A stretch of 56,941 nucleotides of DNA, counting the filler, from Sphacelaria rigidula (Eukaryota): assembly GCA_964200075.2 (NCBI GenBank). It is 4 parts of 4 records of this genome, joined end to end, with 100 filler letters (N's around TTAATTAATTAA, not from the genome) between each part and the next. Parts side by side here need not be neighbours in the genome. Positions count along the whole stretch, not along the records: positions 1 to 14,161 come from CAXNAA020002420.1; positions 14,262 to 28,421 come from CAXNAA020002421.1; 2 more parts are not named here. The stretch is one strand, 5' to 3'. Positions 11,800 to 23,924 of this stretch are shown piece after piece. The notes under the pieces are model-generated. The model was not told the origin of the DNA, did not search any database, and saw nothing but the letters and a program-made list of their open reading frames with translations. How positions within the stretch are numbered: the first letter of the stretch is position 1; each line of letters begins with the position of its first letter. The position numbers were made by a program, and so were the translations under genes.

Positions 11800-12468
11800 T
11801 GCTCAAGCTTCCTTAGGGGCATGACGACGAGGCTTCCTCTCGTGCCGTGACGAATGGCTGGGAACTTCCAAGACTTATTAGGAAACTGCAACTGCGTCCA
11901 GTTGAGGTGATGTTGTCAGCATCGGGGCATGCTCGGCCGAAACTTGTGGACTGTCCGCTGGCAAGCTCGGTACAAAGGGCACTGCTATATGTGAAATGGG
12001 ACGAGTGTTGTCCGCTGTATGTCGGGCTAGTTTCGCGGCAGAAGGGTGGCGCGAGGAACGACTGCGATCAGGCTGGGTAGGAGTCGAAGGATTTGAAGTG
12101 GTCAGTTTCAAACCATCAACACCAGAGCCAGTTGAAGGAAGTCTGCTACAACCGGTGGGTGCGGTCGTTGAGGGAAGCCTGTGCCTCAAGGGTCCGCGGT
12201 CGGTCTTCCTACACCTCAGATTTATACTTAGTTCCGGAGGACCAATTCTGGAGCCAAGCATAGAGCTGGGTGGTGGGTCAACACAACTGTTACGCTGTGT
12301 GTGAGAAGATAGAGACGGGGGTCGAGAAGAACGGCCGTCCTTAGATCTCCTACATAGAGTCGAAAAGTTTGGGTGAGAACGTTTGATCACCCGAGCGGCG
12401 GTGTGTGTTGGATGAGTGTTCGATTCTGCTATCGGCGGCACCGAAGACTTCACGCCGTCGTCGGCGTG

Positions 12469-13919
12469 TCATGGGTCGTTGCGATCCGTCTTAAAAGAAC
12501 CAGGGTTTCTGGCATTGGGGTTTGAGTTGTCGTGACTCGGCCCCGTTCGCTGGTGATGACCCTGCGAAGACTGAGAAGGGCGGAAATAACTATTTCTATG
12601 GCGAGTACCTGAGATGGTGTTGGCGGTGTGGCGGCGGTCGCGATTTGAGCGAGAGTCGCAATGATTGTGGTAAGTCTGGCGATGGTGGCGAGATGGTGTA
12701 CGATACTCGCGCATGCGTTTTTGCCATCGGCGCCACGCCGGCCCGTTGCTCTGAAGTTCAGGGTTCATGACCGAAAAAGTATTGATGCAAGGTTCAGGGC
12801 AGTCACGCATACTGTGGCCAGTACCATTGCAGTTGATGCATGGTTAGCATGGCGACGAAAAGCATCCTTGCGAGCCGAAGGCGATAGCAAGGGGGTTCAC
12901 AAATGTGGGTCACCCGTGATGAAAGCAATTGTGGAAACGACATAAACGTCATCAAAAGTGTCTGCCGAATAAGGCCAAGCGTCGAAGCTTGCTCGGAACG
13001 GGTCTTTTTTGCTATGGACAGACATGACCGATCCACTAACAGAGTTGGGTGTCCGAGTATTACTGGACCAAGTGTGAGTGCGTCCACGAGACCCGGAGGT
13101 ACTCGTGGATGCGGCACGCAAGGTCTGCGAAGATCCAGAAGAACACTGTGTGCCACGAATGGCAGGCGTCAAATTATGTTCTTGATCTACAAACGCAGTC
13201 CACATCGCGTCTACGGAGGCGTGAGGCACCTCTCTGTGCGCCAAAGCGCCCGGAAACAGAGACGGCATCAGCGTCGGAAATTGCTGAGCGATACTATTGC
13301 GAACATATGTCTGACACATAGCATTACTAGGGCCATTCTGTCGGCCAGTACCAGTTGCACTAGACACCAAAAACTTGACTTCGCGTAGGTAGTCAGCAAA
13401 GGGCACGTCTGTTGCTACAGCGAAGGCAGCAGCAGCGTATGTACACGAGGGCTGGCGAGTCTCCGCTGAGCCTGTAGGTGCAGAAGTAGGCACAGGTGCT
13501 GACGCTGTCGGCGTTGTCCTCAGATTAGGAAGGTGTTGTTCCTGTTCCAAAGAGCCTAGAGCCGAGGTGGCGGTGGCCCCGGCCGCAGTGTATTGGCGCA
13601 GACGTTGTTCATCGCGCCGAATGGAGTCCCGCATCTTTTCAAACGCAGCGAGACGCTCATTCAAAGTCTCCTGGTCCGCCTGCTGGCGGCTGGTCGCCCA
13701 GACGACGGCTCGACGTTGGCGCGTGAGACGTGCCGTGAAGTCGTCGAGAAGGAGATGATGAGGAGCGACCTCCGCCGACTGGCGGGGTGAGGGCGGCGCA
13801 GGGGGCGTGGCCGGTTGCATTGCCTGATACTCAGCGAGTGTTTGCTCTTGGTCTGAGCGGGAACCACATAACCAGAGCCGGGGTAGGAGGCCCGGCGGGC
13901 AATGCTCGACGCCCAACAA
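12469..13919 (-). pseudogene. Gypsy gag with CCHC zinc knuckle (stop and frameshift)
   Basis: A 340-aa ORF with a coiled-coil-like segment is followed, after a stop and a frameshift, by CINCNGTGHSMRDC (CX2CX4HX4C) at ~12800-12840. Confidence 0.8.
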
Positions 13920-14161
13920 GGGGCGGTCGTCCGAGAGAGATCCTGATGCAGGCGCCGGAGCCGAACCCGTGGCAGTAGCATTCTGCGGCGAAGTGTCCGA
14001 TCCCGATGAGTGGCCGTGACAGGGGTGTTATCCGTAATCGACTATGCTCACGCTCTGCCATGGGCAACAGAAACGCAGGATACCATGCGGTACAAATGGC
14101 ATGGACCATGTTGCAATTGCGGAGGGTTAGGTGACCAATCAGAGGGATGATATATAATGAC

Positions 14162-14261
14162 NNNNNNNNNNNNNNNNNNNNNNNNNNNNNNNNNNNNNNN
14201 NNNNNTTAATTAATTAANNNNNNNNNNNNNNNNNNNNNNNNNNNNNNNNNNNNNNNNNNNN
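14162..14261. other. Artificial contig linker N44-TTAATTAATTAA-N44
   Basis: Six-frame stop spacer, identical to those at 28422 and 42682. Confidence 0.97.
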
Positions 14262-14320
14262 AGGATGCGAGGTCAATGGTCTGATGACTATGGCATGCAA
14301 GATCATGAGTACACCCTCCC
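14262..14320 (+). mobile_element. Repeat family R 3' end abutting the Copia coding region
   Basis: GGATGCGAGGTCAATGGTCTGATGACTATGGCATGCAAGATCATGAGTACACCCTCCC. Confidence 0.75.
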
Positions 14321-17300
14321 TCTTCCGCGATCTCAATCGGCAGAGGAGGTTGCAGTGGAGGGAGCTGTGACGGCAACGTCTGCCACGTCACATCTTTCGT
14401 TTCCTGATTAGTCCCAGCCCTCATAAGTACTCTATGAAAATGACGCGGGTGGTCTTTCGAAGGACCGACATAAAAGCAAGTCTCACATTTCGGTAGCAGC
14501 TTAGACGGTCGCTGCCACCTGTAGTAAGCCGGCTTCAAAAACGGATACGGTCTAGCAGGACGAGGTTTTCCGTACCACATCTCATACGGCGACTTGGAGT
14601 CAGGGTTAGCAGAGCACGCTGTGTGGTTAAGTGCCTCGCAAGCCTAATGCATTGCCTCAGCTTAGAGTCTGTCAGTCGTAGATAACCGCACATGCGCAAA
14701 CAGAAATTTCGCCTGAAGATGAGCCGCCATAGCGGCCTCCTCAATCAATCCCAATCCACGCACTGCAACACCGTTATATTGGGGACTGCAAGCCGAGGTG
14801 AACTCTTGTTTGATCAAAAGCTCATTTCATACGGTTGCAAACTCCCCCCCGAAAAACTCCCCTCCATTGTCAGATTTAGTAATCTCAACCAATGATGGGA
14901 TTCCATCAGCACGCACACTAGCAAGAAAACTTCGGAAAGCACTCCCAGCGTCTGATTTACTTCTCAAGAAATACATCCATGCACGCCTTGTGAAATCATC
15001 CTTCACAATCATGGGGTAGTGTTTACCCCCTACGGACGCAACATCCTTCCTCCCTCTCAGGTCAACAAAAACTCTGCCCAACTTTTTATCCGATCTACGT
15101 TCAGTTTCATGAGCAATTCCTTTCCTAATAGCCTTCGACATCGAACATCCCGTACAAGCATACATGTCACCGGTCAACTCGGTACCTAGTCGTTTTGCAG
15201 TAGTACGAAGTAATCCCTCGTGTAAATGAGCACAAATGTTATGGAACTCGTTCATATCCATCTTCTTTTCATGCTTGGGGTTTGAAGAAGTGAGGGCAGC
15301 CAACACCGAACCAACAGAGTCATCTCCCAGACGATACGCAGTCGCAATCAGCATGCCATCGAAGTGATGAAAAGTAACATGTCCGTCGTAAGAGTCATCA
15401 CACCATCAGGACCACCAAGACCATTCCATAACTTGCCATCAAACTCTGCGCTGGGGGAAAAGAGGTTATACCCTAAGTTGGGAAAGTACAACACGTTCTC
15501 CAACTCTACGGAAAATTCGCTGTCAGCAGTCACAAACACCAACTCCAGTGTTCCAGAGAGTGCTACCTCACAAGTCACGCCACCAATCCCTTTTACCTTT
15601 TTGTGGCAAGGCTTTACACCCTTCATACAAGAGAGAGAATCAGTCATGTGGAAAGCAGTACCCGTGTCTGCATACCAATCTTCGACACACCTATCCTTCC
15701 TTACAAGAGAAGAGAATTTGCGAACAGCGTCATCACTGTACAAGCACTCACCCAGCATGGCATTGTAAAATGCTACCAGACACGTCAGATCACTCGAGTT
15801 GTTCAAGCTGGTTTGAGAGAGCAACACCAAACTAGACCTCTTACCGTTCTCATCCTCGGCATTCTCGGATTTTCTGGTCTGGGTAGGATTAGTGATCACG
15901 CGAGCCAGGCAGTCCTTCCTCAAGTAACCCTTCTCTCTATGAACGATGGGTCATTCGGACAGAACACCACAAGAATTTCACGCAAAGTCTTGTACTCGTG
16001 CGACAGTCCCTCAAGCATCAGGTTGCACACCTCTCTGTCATATTCCTTGACTTCAAGATATCTACCATCAAGGATCCACATGAAACGGTACAGCACCCAG
16101 GGTTATTGCTGGGGCCCTTTAAACCGGAACCTATTGCACCGCTATTTTGCTGCAGTCAAAACCCAGAACGAAACAAGTAGCTAGATTACTGGCTGTATAA
16201 AATTTCAACAACAGTATCATGTTGGTGAATCGAAATCAATGTCTGCAATCGGAACAAAAGCGTCAGAAACAAACGCCTCATTCAGATTGTTGTGTAGGGC
16301 ACTCAACAGAAAGTTCTGCGACCATGAGGGATACGACACGTCGTTGCCCTCAAAAACAGAAGCATCGGGAACTTGTAAAAAGGACCCCTACCCAACTTCT
16401 TTCCTGTGTCAGATATGTCAGCCCCAGAAATCAGAGTGTTTCCACTGGCTACGTTTTCCAACCACTTACTCGACGGAGAAGGAGCGGGCGGAACGGAGTA
16501 CTGACCTGAAGTCCCACCTACGGTCCCGATCGAACCAAAGTTTACTGCAGCAGCAGAGGAACGATTTATAAAAGATACATGTGGATTCAAGCCCGAGTCT
16601 GCAAGACTGCTACTCCCAATCCACATGCTGGACACGCCTAAGCCTTGAGCATCGCCACCCATACCTCCCGCGGTCCCACCAGTGCCGAATTACAGTAGAT
16701 ACATGGGGATTCAAGCCCGAGTCTGCAAGACTGCTACTCCCAACCCATATGCTGGACACGCCTAAGCCTTGGGCATCGGCACCCGTACTTCCCGCGGTCT
16801 CACCAGTAGCATCGTCAGAAAGATGCATACTAGTCTCTGGCCCGCTGCCTCCCGGCGCGACAGCTACAAAACCAGAGGACTCCACTTTCCTTCCCTGTTG
16901 CTCAACTAACGACGATACTAGAGTCATCAGTTGAGACAACTGTGTCTCTACAAAACAAATCATCTCACCAAATTCCTGCGATCCACCCTCAGCTGGATCA
17001 ACCGCAGCATCCTTGTTCCCCAGTCCAGCCATGATGAAGCAGGTTGATCAAGCCTCCCTCAATAGTCTCATGCACGGTCCAGGGGGACGAAGCAGCAGTC
17101 GACTGATGCGCTATAGCGTGTTGGTAAACTCGTGACTTCTGCAGAAAAATATGTATTGTTGTATTATTGAGACCTTGGTCCGCAGAGACGGGCCGGGAAA
17201 GTGAAGTGAACAAGGTAGGCTTGCTCTCGTCATCTACATCCCAGAGACTTTGGAAACCACATGATTCCAGCAATGGAACTCGGACCAACGCACTTCCTTA

Positions 17301-17350
17301 CGTACCACAGATACCATGCTCGGGCTAATGCAGTATCCACAAAGAGTATT
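14321..17350 (-). mobile_element. Truncated, degenerate Ty1/Copia element (gag remnant, protease, GAG-pre-integrase, integrase; RT absent)
   Basis: WYADTGTAFHMT protease motif; FHNICAHLH...CTGC; RVFVDL; KDDFTRRAW; KSDNGGEF; SPYEMWYG. Protease directly followed by integrase is the Copia order. Confidence 0.9.
16573..16806. repeat. 124-bp-period direct duplication in the Copia gag region
   Basis: AGATACATG(T/G)GGATTCAAGCCCGAGTCTGCAAGACTGCTACTCCCAA... occurs at 16573 and 16697. Confidence 0.85.
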
Positions 17351-18541
17351 CCTATATAACCAACGGAAAGGACCGCGAACGTTCTTCGCAATTCTCAAAT
17401 ATGTGGTAACTTAGCAACCTATAGATCGACAGTTCCGTTATTCAAATCGTCAAATCAGATATTCCACACAACTCAGTCGATACTACAGCAGCTATCACGA
17501 ACAGCTGTCAGCTGATGCTGTTGCTATTTGGAGTTGACTGTTTGTTTTGCTCGTACGCCAAAAAATGTCATCATTGTCAGAGATTGGTTTCGTCGGTTCA
17601 TCAGCTGGTTGATAGATTGGTTGATCCGTTGATTTATTCCGTGTGAATAAATCAGAAGGAAAAAGAAGTGATCCGTTCCATTATGTTTTTCTTTCTTTCT
17701 GATTGTCTCCGTGTTCTTTTGCTTCGGAGAGAAACTGCTTTGTGCATGTGTAGCCGATTTGGTTCGGCCCCGAAGCGCTTTCAGATGGCGCTACTATGGG
17801 TGTTTTCCTTAGGAGGGTCGCGTATTTTCTTCAGCTTGTTTTTACTGTCTTCTTTGTGTCACCCCTTTCTGCTCGACATCGGTTGAGCGAGTTTTATTGT
17901 GTATTGTTCCTGGGTACATGTTGACCCACGGCTAGATGTGTGGCGCATAGGCGAATGTACGACAATTCATCAGTCATCGAATGATCACATACTATTTGGA
18001 TAGACAAGCTTGTAGTGGTGCGCAACCTCCTCCATCCGTGGAAAAACAAACATTTTTTTTTCCCCCTCTTGTTCTTTGTCTCTTGTCTTGTGTCTAATCT
18101 CTTTTATCGTTTCTGATCCCCCTTTTGTCTTTTTATACCCGTTGTTGTTCTCTAGGGCAGTCGATGGCCCTTTGGCGATCTCATCGCGTGACGTTGAAAG
18201 AGGTTTTCCTTTGAGTGCGGCATCATCGATGATCCTGGCGTTGTGTTTTGCTTGTTTTTTACACGAGAACAGATGGGTGTTGAAATTCCAGATCATGATA
18301 CGTCTGTGCCTGTTTCATGTTTTGGAGTACGTGAGGGACGGGAGTTGAATTGTCACGTCACGATTTTTTTCTTTTGTGCATGTGTACGTGTTTATGATGT
18401 GTCATATTTTTGTTTCGCCTGAGTGAGTGGTGGATAAAAGCAACTCCCCTGAAAACCAGGTTACAATGCTAGCGCGGTGTGTACGCGTGTCGACTCTCGT
18501 CTGCTTTGCGTTTATCATATTTTGCCATGAAATATGGGCAG

Positions 18542-18700
18542 GCGTTCATGGGCGGGAACGTTGGTTTCCAGCAGTCACAGCAACAGCAGCAGCAACAGCA
18601 ACAACAACAATCCCCGCAACAGCAGCAGCAGCAGCAGCAGCATCAGCAACAACTGCAGCATCAGCAGGCACAATCACTAGGGCTTCCCGGCCCCCCATAG
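18542..18700 (+). CDS. Terminal exon encoding a poly-glutamine C-terminus
   Basis: Acceptor ...ATGGGCAG, then AFMGGNVGFQQSQ(n)SPQ(n)HQQQLQHQQAQSLGLPGPP*. Mixed CAG/CAA codons favour coding over a simple microsatellite. Confidence 0.65.
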   Translation, partial: AFMGGNVGFQQSQQQQQQQQQQQSPQQQQQQQQHQQQLQHQQAQSLGLPGPP

Positions 18701-19957
18701 CGTTATTAACTAATTCAAAAGGGGTGAAGCACAATCAAGCCTTATTATCACCAAGCTATCTTTCACGGCGCTCGGGGCGTGTAGCATGATATATTCTGGA
18801 CCGGTATTAGCTGTCCGCGTGTGAACCTACGCGGACACGATAATGGCGCGTGAAGAAAGAATCAAAGCGGTGACGTTTTTGCTCCGACTTTTTTTTTATC
18901 GCAAGGACCTGGATGAAGTTATCGAGCCTTCCGAAGTTTTTGATGATGAGGAAGTATAGTTCTGTGTTGCTCCCAATATGTGCTTTGGCCGTGCTCTGTG
19001 TTCAATTGCAGCATGCATTTCTGCGTTTGAGTTTGTGTTTGCTATGCTTCCTTTCTGGTAACATGATACTCCCACGGAAGATCATGCCCTCGTTGTTTCG
19101 GTTGACTGTCAATTTCGTAGGCGTGGTGTGCAGCTCACACAAGTTTGTTGCCGTACAGAAATATGCTTCTTGTGGGTACCAAACTCCGCGGAGAAGCTGC
19201 TCGGTAATGGGGGAAAAACTCTTGGTGGAATATGTTTAGGGGGCCAGGGTTGTGGAACCCTAGAAACACCAGGAGCGTGAACTTTCAACATAGTTCGTTT
19301 CGTTTTTTTTTGTGGGACACTTGGTATTGTCCCTTAGCGACGAGGGGCAAACATGGTACTACTATCTCTCTCTCCCGAGAGTCTGAACGGCTACTCGTTG
19401 GTCCGATTTGACTTTCTATTTTACGTGCGCAATGTTGCCGGAATAATTCACCAAATTAGTAGTCTGTCTCATCTCAAGTAAGGAAAGGGATGAGGGCGCG
19501 GGTTTGGAGGGGGTGGATTGAGGATGCTATGTGTTTTCGTCCACGTATGTCAGGACTCCCAAGTAGTGGCTTGGAAGTGTCCTCAACCTTTCCGAAGGAA
19601 ACTAAAACATGGTGACTGACTCTAGTGTTGGAAGGAAGCAAACCAGGAGGACGAGAGGGACGGAGGGAGTTCGAATTCGAACCAGATTAGTAAATATGCG
19701 TACGCCGTATTATGGCTTGACCGAAATTCGACTTTTGGACGTTTGGTTGGTGATTGATAATAACCAAGTCTGCTTGAAAAAGAGGGGGTTGGTGCTGCGA
19801 CGCGATTTTGCGTCCAGGCTGTGGAGGCTTGTCGTTCGTGAGTATGAAGGTGCACCGAAAATTGAGATTTCAACGACGATGATAAGAGGCAAGAGCTCGG
19901 GTCGAAAGCACGCTTCGCGTGGTTTCAGGTGCTGTGGGGCAAGTTCATCGCCATTAA

Positions 19958-20075
19958 CCCTTAGGGACCCCACTGACGATTTTTGTTTTTGTGAATCGGC
20001 ATCATTTTCAGTCATTTTCAAGTCAAAATGATGCCGATTCACAAGAACAAAAATCGTCAGTGGGGTCCCTGAGGG
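19958..20075. mobile_element. 118-bp hairpin piggyBac-type MITE with TTAA TSD
   Basis: TTAA|CCCTTAGGGACCCCACTGACG...CGTCAGTGGGGTCCCTGAGGG|TTAA, with near-perfect arms of ~50 bp. Confidence 0.9.
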
Positions 20076-21257
20076 TTAAGAGCTCCTACGGTGCATTCGT
20101 TGCTTGTGAACAGGAGGCAGGAGCTGCCTGCACTGACCGTGTGAAGCTTGATGAGGGGCTCATGAAGTGGGCGCGGAGAAGCGACCTACGGTGTGGTTTC
20201 GTCGGGGTTTTTTGTGTATATGCTGAGAGGGGTATGCCATGAATGCGAGTGCAGCACTCCACGTCTGTATCAGAAACATCAGTGGTATTGCATAGTTGCT
20301 TGTGTATCGAGTATCTTCGTGCTGGTATTGTTATAATTCAAGTTTTGTTGCTGCCCAAGGGTTGATGGCTTTTTGTCGGTGTTGGCATACCAACGGGTGC
20401 GCAGCTTGGATCGTGCCGTCCAGATAAATACTCGACACACTGTCTATCTGTGTAGCTTCAAAGACGAGTAAATGTTTTGGCAGTGTCATATAGTGTGGCT
20501 ACCTCGCCCCAGAGCTAGATTTGTATGGAAGTAAATGGGGAACGCACAACAAGCAAATTACGATACGTGGGGAGGGTGCGCGTCGATAATGTTTTTTACA
20601 AAAAAGTCGTATGGTTTCGCAAAGGCAGGGGGCTTAATGTTTTTCATGTTCAGGATTGACACTATGCATGCACACGACGTAGTCGTCAAACGGTGCTCGA
20701 AAAGTGGTGAATGCTCTTGTTCGTTTTTGCCGTGAAAACCCTTCCCTTTTGCTCCCCCCCTTTCTCCCATTCCCCCATTTCCAGCAGTGGCGCAGACCCG
20801 GCCCGCTAAGAACCGCTTCTTTGCGCCGAGCAAGGTTCAGGTCTTACTTTTATCATGTTATTTTTCACGCTCTAGTTTGTACGTAGACTTCCTTGTCGAG
20901 TTTCTGGACTCTAAAATCGTATCAGCATTATCCTTGATATCATGTGTAGGAAAGTTTGACGCCTATAATACCTGTAGCTGTTGTTAATGCCAACTTTTCC
21001 CCAGCGTCTCACATTTCTTCGTAGACAGCCCTGTTTGTGTAGCCCTCATGACTCACTGCAAGAGGAGCATTCTCACGTCAAAATCGAGTCACACGATCGG
21101 ATCTTGTATGTACGAGGAGTACGAAGTGACTTCTGCCCACCAGAAGGATCGATATCGGGTCGAATCTGCACCAGTCCTCGCGCCCCCATCAATCGGGTTG
21201 TGTGTCGTGTTGCCATCCCATCTATTCTGGACGGCAGTCCAAACTTTTCGGTATGTA

Positions 21258-21535
21258 ACACACCGTTTTCGTGAGATTGAGATTGGCTTTGATATTTCGC
21301 TGTAACTCAGCCAATTTTTTCATTCCGTGCGTGCTTTTCTTTGCCTCCATCGCTGGTGTGTGCTTACAGCTACAAGTCGATATCCTACTCAGGGATCTCA
21401 AGGGCCTCAGTGGCAAGCTACTACGGAAAGCATGTTGGGCTTCGGGGAGGGGTATTTCGGAACTGAAATGATTAATTGGCCGCTTTTCACCCTCAATGAT
21501 ATCTTCTACTCTCAATCTCACGAAAACACTGCTAC
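21258..21535. mobile_element. MITE family M1, copy 1
   Basis: TIR core TTTTCGTGAGATTGAGA / TCTCAATCTCACGAAAA. The body is similar to 33638-33935 and 36837-37138. Confidence 0.75.
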
Positions 21536-22559
21536 ATGTGGACGTCAGCACATGAGTTTTTTTGTTGTTCTAGTACTCCAGCTTCCTTCTGTGGTGCTGA
21601 TGACACGTGCGAAGAGCGCTAGGTTATCTGCGTCGTTGTACCTGAACAGTTCTAACTCAACTTTCTGTCAAAGTACAGACTGCTGCTGTCTGTACGATAA
21701 GATAGGCCATGCAAGCAATGCTACGGTAGGGGTTGCACTTTTTGTTCCTGGGTCCCTTTTTTATAGGGGCACAAATATATGGGGCTTTTTTCGCAACCCA
21801 GATCCCCGGGAACCGGGGAACCGGACTTCCAGAAATATGGTGTGTGTACGCAGGGGCCTTCTCATGGATTGGCGTCATTTTCAGTCTTTTTCAAGTAAAA
21901 ATGATATCGACTCACAAGATGACCCGTCCAACACCCCGAGCTGTCCCGGGGAACCTTTTCGCTAAAAAAATGCAACCCCTACGGTAGCATCACTCATGCA
22001 ACTCTGAGCAGGCAGTAGGCACCCCGAAAAGCGTCTTGAATGCCTGGAGACGGGGACACGGATTTACCAATAACGCTGAAGAACGCGGTTCATTCAACGG
22101 ACCAAAACCTTATATGGGCAACAACGATGTTTCATGTGTGTCAAACTGGTCGGGTAGCATTGTGAGATGACGAGTTAGCTCAGTGGTCACGCCACTTGAG
22201 TAAGAAGGCAGTGTTTTTGGCGTCGTTGTTCCAGGTCCGAACGTACAACAACAGTTAAGTTCCAACTCCTGTCGCTCTTTTTCTTCGCTCCTTTTGTCCG
22301 TATGATCACAACTTGTTTCATTCTCGGTACCTCGTACCTATCTCATTGTGCGCACCACTCTGCTGGCAGCTAATATAACAGTACTAGCACCGATGGTGAT
22401 CACCCTCGCTCCGACGACAACGCCAAGCACCCTTGGACAGCTAATTATGATGCTCAATGGCTTGGGGTCGTTCTTCACGTGACTTTTTCGACTTTTTCGG
22501 GAAATTTTCCGATCACGAAAAAAATGAAAAAGAAAAACCTCAGGTTGTCCGAGTAATAA

Positions 22560-22800
22560 GTACTTATTCACTGGCTCACTTGCTATCGCGAGAAGAGGTC
22601 GGCGACTTCTTTCCTTCGTCGACCGTGAAGTCGAATTTCGTCTACCAATGGCAGTCGCTCTACACTGGTGAGCATAATGTGAGAAGAAATCCCAGATCGT
22701 GTGACCTCACCAAGATTCGAACGCACGACCCTTTTGTCAGCGATTTCCACGCCAAGAACCTCTGTACACGGCAAGCAGCTGACCGCATCCGTCAACGTCT
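22560..22800 (-). mobile_element. tRNA-derived SINE (family S1)
   Basis: B-box GTTCGAATC on the minus strand. The 3' core TTCGACTTCACGGTCGACGA is also present at ~3030-3080 (+). Confidence 0.65.
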
Positions 22801-23924
22801 CGGCTTTAGACTTTTAGACTAGAGGACACCAGACTGGGTGCTCCCCCCCCCTCCCCCCCCCCCCGCTCCCACACTACCAATTCTACGCTTCTNNNNNNNN
22901 NNCAAACCCCTGACCCCGCCCCTCACGGCCCCGCCCTTCGCCTTTTAGCGAGTCGGCCACCAGGCGGGGGGGCCCCCCCCCCCCCCCCCTCCCCCCTCTC
23001 AAGAACTCAAATTTCCGATCTTGGGGCTCACGTGTCCAGAAATCGCGTTTTTCGACAGACCCCTGTTGGTACTGAAGAGTAGTCAAATGACACAGTACAT
23101 ACAGTGTACAACACAGACTGCATGGTGCGGTGATGGCTAATCAATTCTGGGTGCTCCAGTACAGTTTTACTTCTTTCTTTCCCCGTACTCAGCCTAAAGT
23201 ACGGTATATTATGGGATAGAGATGGATTGCGCACCGCACGGCGATGCGTAGATACCCCGCTTGACCTGGGTGAGAGCTACCACTCTTCCGCCCCATCGAT
23301 GGCGGAGAACAGTTCGAGATAGGGAACTCTACTTGCCATCACGCAGTACACTAACCCCCCCCCTCCCGAAAGGTGTATATGCCGGCTCTTCTCTCTGGTC
23401 CTGGTTGCCCGCCTTTTTCGTTCAGTATATATCATGGTCCAGTCTTACTGCCACAACACATCCCGTCCATGCGTCATGTTCCGGCCGCAGCAACGAAGGC
23501 TGAATCATATAGATCCCGGTCGCTCTCACCAACGCCCGTTTATCCTCCGCAGACCCTTCAGCTCTGACGCGCTGAAGCGCGGACACGAGTGGCGGACCAT
23601 CGGGGAGCTGGGCGTCCCGGAGAGAGAGAGCACGCGGCGCCCATAGGTCTAAGATCCATATCAAATGCCACTGCTACGTCGGGCGACACCGCCGAAGGCA
23701 GCAGAAACACGGACTTCCGTCGGGCATGACCTGTATGTAGCCTCCGCAACCCCGCTCACCTTCTTCATCTTGGCGTTGGCTGTGCCGCCCCTGACCACTG
23801 TGCCGAAAATCGCCATTGCCTGATCCCGGTTGCGCCGGTCCCGCCGACAGTCTGGGTCAGTGCGGCGTTCCTAGCTTCTGTCAGCCACGATTGGACCTAC
23901 TGCAGGCTCACTATTCGCCCCGAC

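Larger units (their letters stand above)
5131..14161 (-). mobile_element. Degenerate Ty3/Gypsy LTR retrotransposon, 5' end cut by the contig end
   Basis: Domain order gag-PR-RT-RH-IN on the minus strand, with multiple stops and frameshifts. Confidence 0.95.

Noticed and set aside
12469-17350. Single giant nested Gypsy/Copia element
   Set aside because: The two elements are on different contigs separated by an artificial linker.
20114-20190. Plus-strand exon EAGAACTDRVKLDEGLMKWARRSDL
   Set aside because: It has plausible splice sites but no partner exons or recognisable homology.
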